A stretch of DNA of 64,000 nt, taken from NCBI GenBank assembly GCA_036172245.1, contig JAYWIR010000058.1, positions 310,001 to 374,000 of the forward strand. Direction: 5' to 3'. The notes under the pieces were generated by a model that was given only the letters and a program-made list of their open reading frames with translations, did not search any database and had not been told where the DNA came from. Source of the DNA: Raillietiella orientalis. Lineage: Eukaryota. The translations under genes were made by a program, and so were the position numbers. Below, piece after piece: positions 15,601-28,383 of the stretch. Numbering within the stretch: position 1 is the first letter of the stretch; every line of letters begins with the position of its first letter.

Positions 15601-18482
15601 TCTCATACAAATATGCTCTGCTTTATTAAGGATTATTGCAATCTTATTACCATAATCATTACATTGTAGATATAATTATAATATCCATTATATTTGTCCC
15701 GGTTGTCATATGAATGTTCTTGATATGCAGACCAATTGATGCTTCATAGCATACATTTCCGCAATAAATTATAAAATTATTTTTTTTATAATTATACTGC
15801 ATTTGACATTTGCGCGAGATAGATGAGGCTTAGTGCACGTGGCAAGACTACTTTCTTGCAAGGAATCCCTTTCTATCTTCTCATCTCCGACAGTAGCTAG
15901 CTCTAACCCTTTCAGGCATCCGAAAGGACGAGAGTCGGCTCTTCGATCTGCATGGTGCCCGATTGTCATGTCAGGAAAAGGGAGCACAGCACCTTTTGCT
16001 TAGACGGCACTGCTCTTTTGTTGAAATCTTTCATCCTGAGTAAACTGTTCGTTTACTTGATGGCACCAAATCGTGAGATGCATCAGAAAATGAGTGTCTG
16101 CCATGAGACCAAATTTGTTTGCGAAGAGCAAAAAAAAAAGGTCTCCTCTCTACCAGTGGATGCCTCATCACGATTATAAAGAGCTTGACTTGTTTTACAA
16201 GATTCCTGATGACTTCATCTCATGCCAATATTTTTCCCTCTGGACGAGATGGACATCAACAATGAATTCCTGGATGGCTCTATCTGGAAAAAAGTCCTGG
16301 AAAGCTCAATGGGCAATGAAATAGCTTGGAAGGAATATTCACCTATTTCCGGCTATGGGAAGAGGATTCAGGTGATGTGTAGTATGTGTGTGTGTCTGCA
16401 GTTTTGTTTTCCTCGTTGAATTTCAGATTTTTTCTTCTTAACTTGGTTTCCAAGTTTCTGTATAACTTATTCGGTTATTGGTTTCTTTATTAACAATTGT
16501 TTTTGTGTTTTCTGGAAAAGCACTGTTTTCTATATCACTGAAATCATGTCTCGTTTTGAGTTCCTTTTCGCCCTCCCTACAACTTTACTGGATGTGCACT
16601 TTTGTTTTCGTGTTCCAGATGATCGTATGTTATAATTTTTTAATGAGCGCACTCAAAGCGAATGAGAAATATCCAAATATGCTTTGCCTTTTAGTTTCAA
16701 TCTTGTTTCGCATAAGTGCTAGCTTAAGTAAATACTCTTCATTCTTATTTACAAATGATTTAGCTCCTTAGTTGATATTTGGTTATAATTTTTAGGAAAA
16801 GGTTGCATTTATTTTTGCCAGCAAAATTAGTAATTGATTCATACAGGAAATAATCTCAACCCATAAAAATTAATTCAATTTTTATGGGGAAACAGGTTGT
16901 AACAAAGGAACCCAGTTGTGATTATAGGAATGAAACTCAAATGCGGGACCATGCGCGCAGAAAAGCTCAAGTGAAGATCATGTGCTGAAGTAAAGTTAGG
17001 AAAAAAATGGACGTAACAGTTAAACAAAACAATATCCAAAGTACTATTTAATAATCAAGTATAGCAGGTTTCTAGCCTCTGAGCATGAACCTAGTGAGTA
17101 ATTCGAGTTATGGTCAAAAATGTGAACTTTTGGTAACATATACGCAATGTTTTTGCGATGCAAACTTTTTTTAAATACTCCGTACAAATGGAATCTAATG
17201 ATGCCATGAGGTATTCTTGGAAGAGTTCAGGGCCTCATCATGTGCGAGTATTTTGAATGCTTGTTTATTTTTCGGAGACCAATCAGCAGACTGAATGATA
17301 GAGAATGCTAACTCATATCAGGTATCCTTAACCATTTTTCTCAATCAGTAATTAGCTTACATAGCTGGATGAGCAAAGACTGGATGAGAAGCATTTTTTT
17401 TATTTGATGTTTGGTTTTCAGGATGAGCACACTTTAAAGTATCAACCTAACTCTTGATTTTTAATTTAAGCATAGTCTCCAGTCTGCAAGTCTCAAATGA
17501 TTTTGATGGCTACAGCCATGATCTGATGGCTATTTTTTATAATATGGTTGATCTCTGTGGAAACAGTGGGGTGTGATTTTTAAGACATGAGAGAGCCAGG
17601 ATTCAAGTCAAGGCTGAGTATCCAAGTAGCATGTTTGAACAGGAAGACCAGCATGTCTCAGCAAACAGTAATGGAACATACCAGGGAGATAGTCTAGTGG
17701 TAGGGATTGTGCATGTGACAATCCAAAAGTTGTTATCAATCTTGAATGTATCGTGTGGTGACAGACAAGGGCATGGAAGCAATAATAATTACTGATTAGC
17801 TTCAGATACAAATGTGGGAAGTACCAAGAAAAGGAAACATAAGAAGAATGACGTAAGGTTGCCGTGGAAAAACTAGTTAACAGTGTAAGCTTCATTAAAT
17901 CACATATCTGCAGTTGTAACCTCAAAGACAAACACCCCTACACAGCTCAAATTCAGAACAATGACTTGAACACTTAATCTTATGAATTCTTGTCTTTACA
18001 GTGTTCTCATCATTCATTATGCATCCTCTTAGGTTATCAGCCAGAAAAGATGAGAAATGCTGAAGATAGACTTCAGAAAAATCTCGACATGGTACATAAC
18101 AAATGTATGCTGTGCGAAAACCAACCCATGATGAATCCTTACATTTTCGATGGCTAAAGCAATTAACTGGTTTAGAAAAAAGAGTGGTGGACGACTTGGA
18201 TCAACCCCATTTTGGTGCTCCTTCCTTATGGAAGACTCCAAATGATTAAAACACAACCAAGAAAGATTCATAGGGCCATACCTACCTACTGCCTGGCAGC
18301 ACATTGACTGATTAGACTTTCTCAACAATACAGATGGCATGGCCAGCCTCTAGACCATGCATTTTTGCCAAATAAGTGAACCTAAGTGAACTCTCTTCTA
18401 AAAGCAAAAGCGAATCAACCCCAGCCAAGTCTCAACCCCACAATTTGGTTGCAAAATGTATTCAATGCAAGCCAGGTGTCCA

Positions 18483-18540
18483 TCATCATTCCTTCAGAGG
18501 CAGAATAACCTAGTTTTCATCTGCCTCATCACACTGATGA
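18483..18540 (-). promoter_or_regulatory. SECIS element (type II-like, GUGA variant) in the GPx 3' UTR
   Basis: Minus strand reads UCAUCA-GU-GUGAU-GAGGCAGA-UG-AA-AAC-UAG-GUU-AU-UCUGCCUC-UGAA-GGAA-UGAUGA. This gives helix I UCAUCA/UGAUGA, the tandem G.A core UGAU/UGAA, helix II GAGGCAGA/UCUGCCUC, AA 11 nt after GUGA, and an apical mini-stem AAC/GUU. Confidence 0.9.
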
Positions 18541-18557
18541 AGAAACCATCTGACTAT

Positions 18558-21500
18558 TCAGAAAACAGTAACATCGTTAATCAATTGGCTGATGTCGCTA
18601 GCGATGTTGATTGTTTCGAACTTCGGACTATACCTAAAAGCTTTCGGTGGAGAGCCAACTAATAAAACCCACATGTTCACCTTTTCACTGGGATTCCCTC
18701 CCGATCGATCAGGAATTTTTCGAAGTTCCAAGAGATGTCGCTCCTTTCCACAGGACTCCAGATGATGAACTTCGCGTCGCTCATTAAGGCAAACGAATTG
18801 TCCGAGGGAAAAGGAAGCTTCGACTTCAAGTACTGAAACGAATTCTATATCTTTGAGCCTCCCGATGAGTCTTCATACCTTAAACAGGGGATTGGCAGTG
18901 CTTCCATTTACATCGATCTTCGCGAACACAGGGAACTTTGGGCGAAAATTTCTTCCGGGACGAACGTGGAATAAGCTCAACAATATCTCGTCATTCCTGC
19001 AATTTTCCTTCGGGGAAAACGGTGGAGATGGACAGGTTGTACGCCCTCCTTTACCTGATGGCCGAACTGGTTGCAAGGGAACGCCAGAACTTCTAAGTTG
19101 TCCTTGAACCTATCCTTAAGTTCGTTCATTTGGAAGAAATCTCTCTCTGTTGTGCCTCACAAGGAGGCTGTGTTCTCTATCAGCACCACCTTTCCCTTGA
19201 ATTTCTCCATGGTGACTTCTTCTCCTAAAACGGATGTATTAAGTCGAAACGTTGGGAAATCTCAAGAATTGCGGAACAGAAAAGCGAGTCTGTTTGGAAA
19301 CTGCTTTTTGTCTTGAAAAAGCCAACCTCGGGAGTTGGCACAGCTGGGATTTCAATTATCCACCAAGTCAGGCACCAGATCTCATGACGAACATCCACAT
19401 GGAAAGAGCGACCTTTGTTCTACCCACAAATCAGGATATCCATATGCAATCCATATCAGGATTCAACAAGGACTAACTCTCTCAGGGGTCTGCACACTGC
19501 TACTACACGGGAATTTCTCAAGGAAGGCAAGACTTGTCTAAGGAAATATGCGAAAGAAAAGAAACATAGTTATACGAAAAAAAAGCAATCACAAAAGAAA
19601 AGCAGGACCTAACTAAGGGAACTTCATTCGAGGAGATAAATAAGATCCTTTTGCAGGTAACTCAGACGGGAATATCCACAAGAAGCTAACAGAAGTCCAC
19701 ATACAGAAGATAGATACTGACTGACTGGGAGAAAGGGATGAAGTGTTCAGAAAAACTTGGCTTGGAGACATAAGTCATGAGATTGTACCCAACTGCTACA
19801 GAGTTAGATGGAATGTTGCAGAATCGGGGAACCCCATATGGACATGGTCCATGTTGGATTATCTCTTGCTACCAAGTGAAATAAGATTTACAGCATCGAA
19901 AGATTACAAGTCTAATTGCTTCCAAATCACAACGTCCTCTTTTCTTACGCCAAATCATTCGAATACAATGCTGCCTGCCGCTCTGCCGGGGATTCTCTAC
20001 CGATGCCGGTCACAGCTGCTTCGCAAAATAGTGTTCTCAAACACGGGAGTGGTTCACTGAGTTTACCTCAAAGTTTTTTTCCAAATCTCTTCATTCTTCT
20101 AATATTACGGGTGATTTCAAAGGGTAGACACAGTTAAAAACGAAGCCATCTTATACGGTTCGGACATGCAATATTTTACAAGAAATAAATCTGAAGTTGC
20201 GAGGAAATTAAAATAATTGGGTCATTCCAATGATACTTTGTAGAATACACTAGCTGGTATTAGCACAGTTGTACATGTCTTCAGTATTCAATGCATGTGA
20301 CATTCAAGACTTGATGGCGAAAATACATGAGGCTAGTGCAGAGCACTTCGCAAATCGTTCCGCAAAAGGCAGCACACATTGTGGTTAAAATTATCAGGTG
20401 GTTGCAAACAACAAAAGTGTTCGAGATGGCAAGGTCTCACAACAACATGCTACGTAGGAAAGGTGTCACCCTTTCTCTTTGCTCATCCGTTTTTTTTTGT
20501 CTGTTCAGTTCTGAAAATATGCGCCAAAAACAACAATAAGCATGCGTGAATTTTAAGGGGACATCCAGTGAAAGTCGAACAAACAAATTCCGTTATGGGA
20601 ACTCCAGTTTACCATCTTGGTGCACTGCGGCAAGTCTTTCTTTCTACTCGCATATCGCATTGTAACTATGTCCCTGCTCCGCGTTAGCGGAATTTACTAT
20701 CCTTCAAAAACTACCTAGTTGCCATCTATCAGTAACATTTCCTTACAACCAGGATCCATTTGGTGAGAAAAAATATAATATTGATTTCAATATAAATAGA
20801 TTTCCGAAGTTTTTTTGTCGCTGCCACCAAGTCGTATCTCAGGAAAGGGACAACCCTAACTTACCGGAGATAGATCAGACCAATATCGATTCAGTTAGGC
20901 CCAAGGGTTCTCACGTACCCCAAAAAACGTGTTTCGCTTGTCCGTACAACAAAAGGCCCTCTTCCATGGAGAGCTGTGGGAATCCTACAAACATCTTCGA
21001 ACATTAGCTAGTTATTTTAGTGGAAATGGATATCGACTCCGCAAGCAGTTGGGACTCGTTTGACGCTATGAATTATATGAAAAATTAAATTTCCCCAAAT
21101 GAAAACTACTGAAATAAAGATCTGGACGGTCTTATGATATTCACAACCTCGCTTTAAAAATCGAATTGGTTACGGCTGAACAATTCTAAACGAGTGGTCA
21201 AGACCAAATCCACATTGGAAGTTGCTGAAATACTTCGCCACGAATCCATTTCTTTGTAATTCCCACTGAAATTTGGGAATGGATTTGGAAAGAAATGTAA
21301 CTTTTCTTCCGCTCACAAGCCATGTTTGTCTAACGTGATAAAGGCAATCACACTTCCGCAGCAAATGCAAGCCTCGGAAAAAGGAACTCCCCCCCCTCTC
21401 ACAATTTCCCCAGCCATGTTACATTCATGTAGCCGCAATACGATTCCTGACAAAATCTTGCAAGTTAATTTTTTCGGAATGTACCTGGATTGCTCGCAAA

Positions 21501-21588
21501 GATTCTCAAAGATCTTTTTTTCATAGGTCACTTTTTGGGAACTCCTACCTGAAATAAGTTTAGCGGAAAAATCGTGGAATGTCGCCAT
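18558..21588 (-). CDS. GPX: Selenocysteine-containing glutathione peroxidase, GPx1/GPx2-like, about 188 aa, 5 exons (21588-21549, 19224-19055, 19007-18879, 18832-18681, 18633-18558)
   Basis: The spliced translation is [36 protein letters not shown](TGA 19159-19157)[13 protein letters not shown]...[29 protein letters not shown]...FAKIDVNG...[15 protein letters not shown]...[31 protein letters not shown]...VF*. All three GPx signature motifs and the catalytic Sec/Gln/Trp/Asn are present. Confidence 0.96.
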
Positions 21589-23978
21589 ATCCTCGCAAAC
21601 TTCCACACTGTCGCACTTGCAAACACTGTATTTGAAAAGCTTGTTCATCGCGTCCACCAACTTAAATACTTCTTGGCTTGATTTTTTTTTTCTTTTTTTT
21701 TGCGATCTGACCTTGGCATTAAATAAACCTAGAGGCAAGCCTCAAATACGCTTTACGAATACTTCTTTTTATCAGCATCTGAAAGAGAGCAGATAGAACG
21801 AATATTTATGGTTGCGATACGCAAGAGAAATGGTACGTGTTCAGCGTACTTTCTGATTTAAGAGAAGAATCATGAACTAAAAGCATCATTTGTTTCTACT
21901 TCAGAATGCGATTTCTCAACTTTACGATCCTGTTCCTCGCGGACTTTATCTCCCTTTTTCCTCGTGCAGCATTGATTTGCATTTTGTGGTGGTCCTTGTT
22001 TCCATTGATTTATTGCTTTCTAGAATTCACTGGGAATTTCAAAAAGCTACGAACAAAAGGAAGAATGTTAATCTTGATTACATAACTGCTGATACCGGGA
22101 AAAGGAAGAAAAAGATTTTTCTGAGTTTTGCTTTGAGAGATTTGAAAAAGTCGCACCAAAATAACAATCCTTATAACAATAATAATAAATATAAAAACCC
22201 TTTTTGATGAATTCGAGGCAGAAATCCGCAACTTAAGTCACAAATGTGGTTTCTCGAAAGAATGAAGACAGCAGAATGTTCCCAGTTGCTCTAGAACTTC
22301 TCTAAAAATTTGTAACGAGTCTTTATTATTTCACCCATTTCAAGCTTTTGCTCCTTGAGCTTAAATGAGTATTTCATCCATTAAGGCAATTACAATTGCT
22401 TTTATAGTTTTTAGTACCCTGTAAAAGGTTAGAATCTCTAACAGAAAACTAAATTTGAAAAATCATGCTGAATGAACTAGGGTAAAGTCTGCTTTCTTTT
22501 TTTTTCAATCAAAGAAGGCTGAATCTTAGTTTCTCAAGGTTACATATTTAATTGTCATTTGATTGAATAGGTGCTGATATGAATAACATTTTTTACTTCC
22601 TTCCATAATTTTTAAATAAAAAATCCATCTATTGAACTATTTTTCGCCAAAAAGGTTTAGGAATTCCTAATAGAGTTACGAGAAATGTTTCTCCTTTCTA
22701 GAATATGCATACATATGAGTTTATCTTGATGCGAAAATAGAGTTTTGAATACATAAAATACTCTTGTTATTCTAAGACTACTTCTCAATGATTAAGCAAT
22801 CGCAGCCATTTTGTTATGCATGCTCTCAGCATCACCGGGAGCCTCGGCAAATAGTTTTTCTCCTTTGCTTTATTACTCGAAAAACTGAAATGTTATGTAA
22901 TTGCTATTTCTTCTGAAGGGTTAGTTTTTTCTGTATCCTTTTTTGTCGTAAGGCTGCCATAAAGACCTTTCATGGAAAGATAAAAAATGCACAAATAGAT
23001 TTAAATAAAAGCAAATAATGATGAAGCTAAGGTTTTTGATTTTTTAAAATTGATGCTTTGACATTATTTTTAACACTATTGGGCTTTTTTGCTCTTAGAA
23101 ATGATTGTGTGCTGGTTCGACTAGTGGTTGCTTTCTTTCTCGATCCTAAATGGAAAAGGAAACTTTTGTTGGAAACAAAATCTAAACTACTGAAAATAAG
23201 GAATCGAAAATAAACTCATGCTATTTAATTTCAGTGTTCTATTCTCATTTTCACGCAACAAAGTTGTTCATTTCTAATTTGTACTTTTCAATGATCTTGT
23301 ATGTTTAACTAATTTATATATGCTGAAAAATGGCTGTATGTTCTCATTACAGCTCCTGTATCTTTACGATGTATAAAATGTATAGTATTTTTCCAAATTA
23401 TTTTATTTTGTATAAATATTAACTAATTTCAAAAATTTTTAGATTCTTATTGAAAGAGCATTTCTGTTATATCCTGTACACAAAATTCATAAATGGTTTC
23501 AATGCTTTATAGGAAAAGTTTAATCGCCTTTTAATGGATTTATCGTATCAGGATATTGATGTTTTACATATTCTTTCTAAATCTTGAAGAGAAATTCAAA
23601 CAATGTTTCTGGTGCTTAAAAGGTTGTCTTTTTGGTGGTTATTTTCATTTTTGGCTTACCATTGGATTTCAGTAAGGCTTTCTAATATTTCGGATGACTG
23701 TGCAAAGATGTAAAAGATGCAAAGATGCAAAAGTAAAAGATGATTATTCATATATCAAAGAGATTTTCCCACAAGTTCAAATCCATCCTTATCGTCAGAA
23801 ATCAGTATGTATCTGTTTATTGTGAATGGCAAAACTTGAAGCAGAATTGTGATTCGAAGAACTCTCTATGTAGATGCCTCTTCATTTCAGTTCGAATAAA
23901 TTCTTGTGGCATCTCTTGCAAATCAAGCAAAATTTAGTTTGTATGATTTGCTTTGAGTTTACCAAACATGGTCCGCGA

Positions 23979-24050
23979 GGCTCAGTGGTCTAGGGGTATG
24001 ATTCCTGCTTCGGGTGCAGGAGGTCCCGGGTTCAAATCCCGGCTGAGCCC
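23979..24050 (+). tRNA. tRNA-Pro (anticodon CGG)
   Basis: 72-nt cloverleaf: acceptor stem GGCTCAG/CTGAGCC, D arm TGGTCTAGGGGTATGATT, anticodon arm CCTGC-TTCGGGT-GCAGG, T arm CCGGG-TTCAAAT-CCCGG. A TTTT Pol III terminator follows at 24057-24060. Confidence 0.96.
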
Positions 24051-25548
24051 ACCGCATTTTGTATGCTCTCTCGGTGAAGAGCGAATCTCGTGAGCATTTT
24101 TCGATAGCATCGCATCCACTCCGATTTCTCGAGAAGTTGAGATGTGTAGGTGAGGTCAGCATAGTTGCGTAAGCTGGAAGGGAGCGGTGTTCTAAGTCAT
24201 TTCGATTTTGTCGCCATGGAAACGAGGAGTACTGTGCAATGAGAAACACGGATCTCTCTTGCCGCGGATCTCCTTTTCAATGTTTCCAATGCAAAAAGCC
24301 TTTGTGAATTCGAGCAACAGGCCACCAAGCAGGTGCACAGTTACTCCATTTGATTTGCTCTCTCGGATATGCTAATACGCATCTGATTTTCAGTTGCATA
24401 TATGAGTAGCCAGAGTGAAAGCAGACATCGTCGTTATCTACAATGTTCATCCAGAGATTAGAGCGAGAGGAAGAGCTCCTTTCCCACTTAATTTACTTTC
24501 CCATTCGTTTCCATACACATTCTCAGTCAAAAATGTGACGTATTATTTGTGTTTTGAGTTCAACTCTTCATCGATGCTTTGAGATCTTCTAAAGAGCTCA
24601 GATCTTTAAAAAGCGCTGTTCTAACCATAAAGGTGTAGATCCTCGAGGAGCAACCGGCAGCCTGCAGGCATCACAGTACTAACAGAGCATGTAACCTATG
24701 TGATCCCCGCGAAATAGTACTTTTACAAGTTGAACATACTGCCTCGAATGCAGTCAATAGGCGGCCCGCAGCGTCACGGATCTCTTGTTTTTCCTACTCA
24801 TCTATTCCATGACGACAGGGCAACTCAAGAACTTCTCTATGTCGCAACGTCGTCTGCATCTGGATTCCTATGAGTGCTCCAGATCTCAAAGCAACAGAGA
24901 AGCGCACGAGAAAACGACTGAGTGTACTTGAGAGATCCAAAGTCCTTGAAGCACCGTTCTCGCTATTTGTCCTTAAAGAAGGAATAATCGATATGCTGTC
25001 TTCCATATTGTATAGTTTCTCAGGAAAAAATTGTTTACTTAATTTATTTACTTTAATTTATTAACTTGATTTAAATCCTGATGTTTTTAGTTGGTCTATG
25101 TATTTTCCACAGTAATTATTGTATGTCCTTCTCATCCCCCGATCTCGAAACTGAAAAAAACTCAGAAGTGAATTTCCAATGCATACTTTTTGCTGGACCG
25201 CCGTCTGCTTCATGAGAAATCACCTGTCACGAGTTGACTACGGTTAAAGGATTTAATGAGCTTTGCTTACGTCATGCCCGCTTCGGCGTTCCCAAAACGG
25301 TCGGAGAAAGAGAGACGAAAGTTCAAGGACTCTTCCTACATTTGGCTGCAGAATACTTTCGTGGAGTAGACCGGACTTGGCGAAGGAGCACGCAAGTTGC
25401 CTGCAAGATGGCATGACGCAACGAGCCTTCGTTTTGTTTAAATGCGCTCGCTAAAGACAGAGACAACTTTGTGGGTGAAAGAGAAATTCATATACACTCT
25501 TTATTTGCTAAGAAACTTGTACACATTGAAAATGAAAGGATAAATCCC

Positions 25549-25903
25549 TCAATTCGGAAGACGAGGATTACCAGTTCTTTTTCTTGGTTTTGAGGAGCAC
25601 CTTTTCATGCTTGGTTTGCTGGTGCCGGACGTCCGCCTGGCGTGCGCAAGGAGATGGAGAGAAAGGGGTTGAACTTGCACTTGCTCTCTTAGACGCTTCC
25701 AAAGAGGAGGCAGCCCTCCTCCGGCAGAGGGGAGGCGAATTCATCGGGGTGACAGGTGGCGAAGGTCAGAGTCCCTTATCATCTTCCGTCAAGGTGGGGG
25801 AAGATGTGGGGTGGCATTCCCAGTCCCATCAGCAGCCCTACGATGAATGGACTCACCCATAAAAACCGAGCGTTCTTTGCGGCGATTGTGCATTCGTAGG
25901 CAT
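25549..25903 (-). CDS. Candidate two-exon small gene (25903-25857, 25636-25549), 44-aa basic peptide of unknown function
   Basis: TATAAA at about 25945-25940, ATG at 25903, donor GG|gtgagt, pyrimidine-rich acceptor ...cgccag|, TGA at 25551-25549, AATAAA at 25505-25500. No recognised homology and the reading frame is uncertain. Confidence 0.35.
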
Positions 25904-28383
25904 CAATAAGGATGCTGTTGTTTGCGAGGAACTCACTTCTTTATAGACCGACAAACAAAACTGATAAAGACCTCATTCAGGAATTCAATCGTGGGTGTAG
26001 AGGCCGATTGTGCATTCTGTTAAGCCCTAGCAGCTGCACAGCAACGGCCACTTAATTTAAGAGGAAAAAAGAATAGAGATTCATTGAAAACATTTGAGAA
26101 GTCTTAGACGCCAGTTAATTCTTCTCTACTCCTTTATGAAAATTTTCTGCAAGCTCATGTCGAAGATTCAAACTAATTTGAAATGTCTACCCATAAGAAT
26201 CGAGTTTTTGAGCAGCAACGAAGCCGAAAGACGCAAACGTTCACCTCCTTCAAGTTCTATATATTAGCAGATGACTAGTAGGTGACCTCATATCAAAGAG
26301 GGGCAACACAAAAACGGACTTAAATACTTTGAAACAATGTTCGATTCTGGTGCCTCAGTTTCGTTTCTAAATAGAAGTGTATTCGTTTCTAATATTCAAC
26401 ATATCTCGCCGCAATCTCGGATTTCCCCAAACTTTCGGTGTTCCCTGAATCCTTTGGAGTTTCTCGATTCTTGACATCCATCTCTTCAAAAAGATATTCT
26501 TTGGGACGTCCTAATATTTATTTTCTTGTGACTTTAAGAACATACAAGAGACGAAATGACTATATCAGTGACCGAATCAACTTGAAGTTGGGGAGAAACA
26601 TTGTGGTCAAACAAGATGTGAAAAGCCTTTGCTAAAAGAGCTACATTCAAGCTTCTGGAAGAACAGCAAATAGACCACGTCAAAGAGCATCAGCTGCAGC
26701 CGCAGCTGTAAAACTCAACCGAGCAACGACTGAACTTTTTACGACCCAGAACTGACTTGCAGCAGCCCGATGAAATTTCGAAATGAAATGTCCAGAACGA
26801 TCTCGAAGCTTTGAACCTAGCTTTTAATTTATGTAACGACATTGTTGAAAACTTCCTTGAGTAAGAATTTATTGAGTAAGTTGCAGGAAGATTTGTTGTT
26901 TTGCTCCCATTAATACAGCGTGCTCTCCAAGATTTTCCGAAATATACAATAGAGAATTACAGAATGAAGATGACAGGTGAAAAATTCGAGGTCATGGATA
27001 TCGAGGTCATGACGCTCAGCGGATTCTTTCCAGACTTTGCAATGGTACAAAGACCACTCCAGATTTTGATATTCGTTTTTGTGCTCCGACACAAACAGAG
27101 TCACACACAAATGCTGCGAAGGGAGTTTTTTGGCAACAGATTTTTCTCCAGCAGCTCACCAGATTACTAAATCAGAAGTTATTCGACATGGTTTTGCACC
27201 TTTCGCTGCTCATCCCTTTCGCTCCTGTTACCATAGCGAAATTCTTTAAATGCAATAGTTTCTATTTTAGGAATGAAATCCAAAAGAAAATCGCGAAACG
27301 AAAAACTGCTAAAGTTGCAGCCGAGAATCCTCATGAAAAAAATTTGATCAAACTTCTTGCGCCCGTTTTTTTCGTTTAAAGTTGCTCAAATCGGAATATC
27401 ATTATAAGAATCATTGCATTCACATCCACGACTTTCAGTATTGAACGCTGCTATCCAAGCATCACAAAGTCTTCTTTGGTTCGCTTATGCTGATGGCACC
27501 TGAATTTAACGATACATTAAGTGGCAATGCAATGAAAACATTTGTTGTTTCTAGCTTTTATTGTTGCATTTTTGGGAAACCTCTGTTAGAGAGCAAAGGG
27601 AAGGATCTTATGTAAAAATTAAATCTTTGCAAAATTAGTTTTTTTCAATACAATTCAACTGCAGTAAATGTTTTCGCTTCATTTCCTTCAGACTTCATAT
27701 GTTCCACTTTTTGAAAGCGAACATATGAAATCTGTACAGAAAGCAATATTTAACAAACGGAGGTTGCATGAAATCGCAACACTTTATTGCGATAAAGAAG
27801 CGGAACCGATAGAACCAACAATTGCTTCGTGATCAAACCAAAGCAGCGCAGGGATAAACAGATCGTAGATACAGCAAAAGATACAAAATCATTCAAATAT
27901 CATCCGTCTTAATGCCGATAAAGCATGCTCACCTTTCTGATCCATAATAAATAAATAAAAATATATTTATACACACTTTGTCAATAACAGCATCCAATTT
28001 CTGAATGGAAGTAACTAGGATAAATACTATCACTTTTAACATGATTAGAAAAGATTTTTAATCCTTAACTAGAAATTTTATACCATGCCAGTTTCAAAAA
28101 TATTGTTTAAAGTATGATACAAACTTAAGGAAAAGGCAGCAAAGTCCTCCACCCTACAATCCAACATACTACCATATCACAGACTGATGGAAAAATCTGC
28201 AGTGCATGCACAAAAAGTTCGTCTTGTAGCAAAAATGGAACTAGTACAAGAGAAGATCTAAGGAAAAGATGACTAGAATACAACAACATGACCAGAAAAG
28301 TTCTGCCCGATAAGTGTGTTTCTATATGACACACCAGGCAATACTGTTTCTTTGGCTAAAGGCCATTATGACATGAACTGACA

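Noticed and set aside
14560..16420. ORFs of 65-109 aa at 14625-15164 and 15952-16419
   Set aside because: Only a weak YLGI-like hint of reverse transcriptase and no coherent gene model. Probably decayed repeats, but this is unsupported.
19157..19159. GPx as a pseudogene with a premature stop
   Set aside because: The TGA is at the catalytic Sec position, all other exons and splice sites are intact, and a SECIS is present.
19300..19900. Possible retroelement 3' relic inside GPx intron 1
   Set aside because: The motif similarity is too faint to call.
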